Part shown: positions 62,209-64,000 of the stretch, one piece after another
Position numbering within the stretch: position 1 is the stretch's first letter
Layout of the letters: every line of letters starts with the position of its first letter
Assembly (NCBI RefSeq): GCF_006345805.1
Contig: NC_043025.1
Location: 6,510,001 to 6,574,000 of the forward strand
From: Octopus sinensis
Lineage: Eukaryota
DNA length: 64,000 nt
Direction of reading: 5' to 3'
The notes under the pieces: generated by a model
What the model saw: only the letters and a program-made list of their open reading frames with translations
Database searches by the model: none
What the model was told of the DNA's origin: nothing
Program-made: the position numbers and the translations under genes

Positions 62209-62980
62209 TTAAAGGAAGGAAAAATCAATAAATATTTGCCATTACATTTTTAATCAACCGAATATGAACCATTTTGTTGCACAATGCGTCTCCATCTTTC
62301 CTTTAACTTGAAAAATACCCTCTTCCCAGAACGGAGGGGGTTTCATGGCAAAGAATTCATCAAGGTATCTCTTTATGTCATCCAAGGAATTGAAATTTTT
62401 ACCATTAAGACTATTCTGCAGAGACCTGAATAAGTGGAAATCCGAAGGAGCAATATCTGGTGAATATGGAGGGTGGGGTAACACATCCCAGCCGAACTGC
62501 AGCAATTTTTGTCTGGTTCCCAAAGCATCAAGTACCGAAAAGGAACTTTCTTATCTTCCATTTAAAAGGGTTACAGAATTAACACAGGTTATAGGAACAT
62601 AAACCTTCTTCCATGAAAATATAGCTTAAACTGTGCTCTAAATGGAGGTGTAGTAAAATCCTATTTTATGGACTCAAACATGTAAAATAAGTCGAGAGGT
62701 AAGCTACAATAAATCGGCACAAACTTTCCGGACATCCCAGCCGAGCAGCAGCAATTTTTGTCTGGTTCCCAAAGCGAAAATGAACTTTCTTATCTTCCAT
62801 TTTAAAGGGTTACAGAATTAACACAGGTTATAGGAACATAAACCTTCTTCCACGAAAAGATAGCTTAAACTGTGCTCTAAATGGAGGTGTAGTAAAATCC
62901 TATTTTATGGACTCAAACATGTAAAATAAGTCGAAAGGTAAACTACGATAAATCGGCACGATCTTTCCGGACAACCCAAT
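62209..62980 (-). pseudogene. Internally deleted mariner with a tandemly duplicated left end
   Basis: TIR-like TATTGGGTTGTCCGGAAAG at 62980; MEDKKVPFRYLML is fused to GTRQKLLQFGWDVLPHPPYSPDIAPSDFHLFRSL; a ~240-bp block is repeated. Confidence 0.85.
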
Positions 62981-63224
62981 ATAACAGGCAAACGAACAAG
63001 AAGATTATTACGTAAATACAAAAAAACATTCATAAATGTATATACGTCTATATATATTATATATATATATATATATATAGCAATAAGAAAATGGAGGGGA
63101 TCAATAGGTGGTTTATCAACTTTTAGTCATTATATTATGTTAACTTATTTATTTTCTAAACTGATAATTACAATAATATACATACATATAACATAGGCTT
63201 TACATATAAAATATAAAATATAGT

Positions 63225-63650
63225 AGGAGTGGCTGTGTGGTAAGTAGCTTGCTTACCAACCACATGGTTCCGGGTTCAGTCCCACTGCGTGACCAACCTT
63301 GGGCAAGTGTCTTCTACTATAGCCTCGGGCCGACCAAAGCCTTGTGAGTGGATTTGGTAGACGGAAACTGAAAGGGCCCGTCGTATATATATATATATAT
63401 ATAATATATATATATATTATATATATATATATATATATAAATGTGTGCGTGTATGTTTGTGTGTCTGTGTTTGTCCCCCTACATTGCTTGACAACTGATG
63501 CTGGTGTGGTTTATGTCCCTGTTTACCTTAGCGGTTCGGCAAAAGAGACCGATAGAAAAAGTACTGGGCTTACAAGAATAGTCCCGGTCGAGTTGCTCGA
63601 CTAAAGGCAGTGCTCCAGCATGGCCGCAGTCAATAACTGAAACAGTGAAA
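63225..63650 (+). mobile_element. SINE family A, near full-length
   Basis: Head, body and tail motifs. Confidence 0.85.
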
Positions 63651-63653
63651 AAT

Positions 63654-63690
<37 letters not shown>

Positions 63691-63938
63691 AGGATACCAA
63701 TTAATTATTATAAGATAACAAACATGAATATAAACTGAGAAAAAACTTACAGCTGTTTCGGCCAAGAGGTAAAAATACCTCATTCTATCTTTATTACTCA
63801 AAGTGGAGTGAAGTAATGGTTAGATGAAAATGAGTATTGGGTGTATCTCTAGGCTTCGTCAGAGATTATAAGTACATAATGTTAATTTATAAATAAATGT
63901 AAATATAAAATAAATAAAATACACACACATTGCATACT

Positions 63939-63970
<32 letters not shown>

Positions 63971-64000
63971 AATACCTATATACTCTTTACTCTTTTACTT

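Overview
This is AT-rich animal DNA made almost entirely of repeats, most likely from an octopus (Octopodidae), inferred from its tRNA-derived SINE families. There is one 100-N assembly gap at 22725-22824. I could not support any host protein-coding exon, rRNA, true tRNA or CRISPR array. All long ORFs in the track come from microsatellites, minisatellites or SINEs; the only protein-like ORFs are decayed mariner, pogo/Tigger, CR1/L2-type, RTE-type and RLE-type transposon fragments. The window holds dozens of SINE copies from at least five families, non-autonomous Helitrons, piggyBac-like and palindromic MITEs, and two multi-kb satellites (27 bp and 61 bp units). The main result is a set of type I hammerhead-ribozyme folds found by eye in non-coding repeats: (i) a ~319-bp tandem array with one hammerhead per unit, resembling a retrozyme; (ii) an intact canonical hammerhead at 21076-21146; (iii) a family whose two copies carry the compensatory U3:A8 core variant with covarying stem II; (iv) further copies at 17042, 17262 and 53567. 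Also notable are a 27-bp satellite born inside one SINE and a ~670-bp templated copy of a mariner::SINE junction inserted into a MITE 3.6 kb away. All folds are by hand, coordinates of decayed repeats are approximate, and no database search was run.
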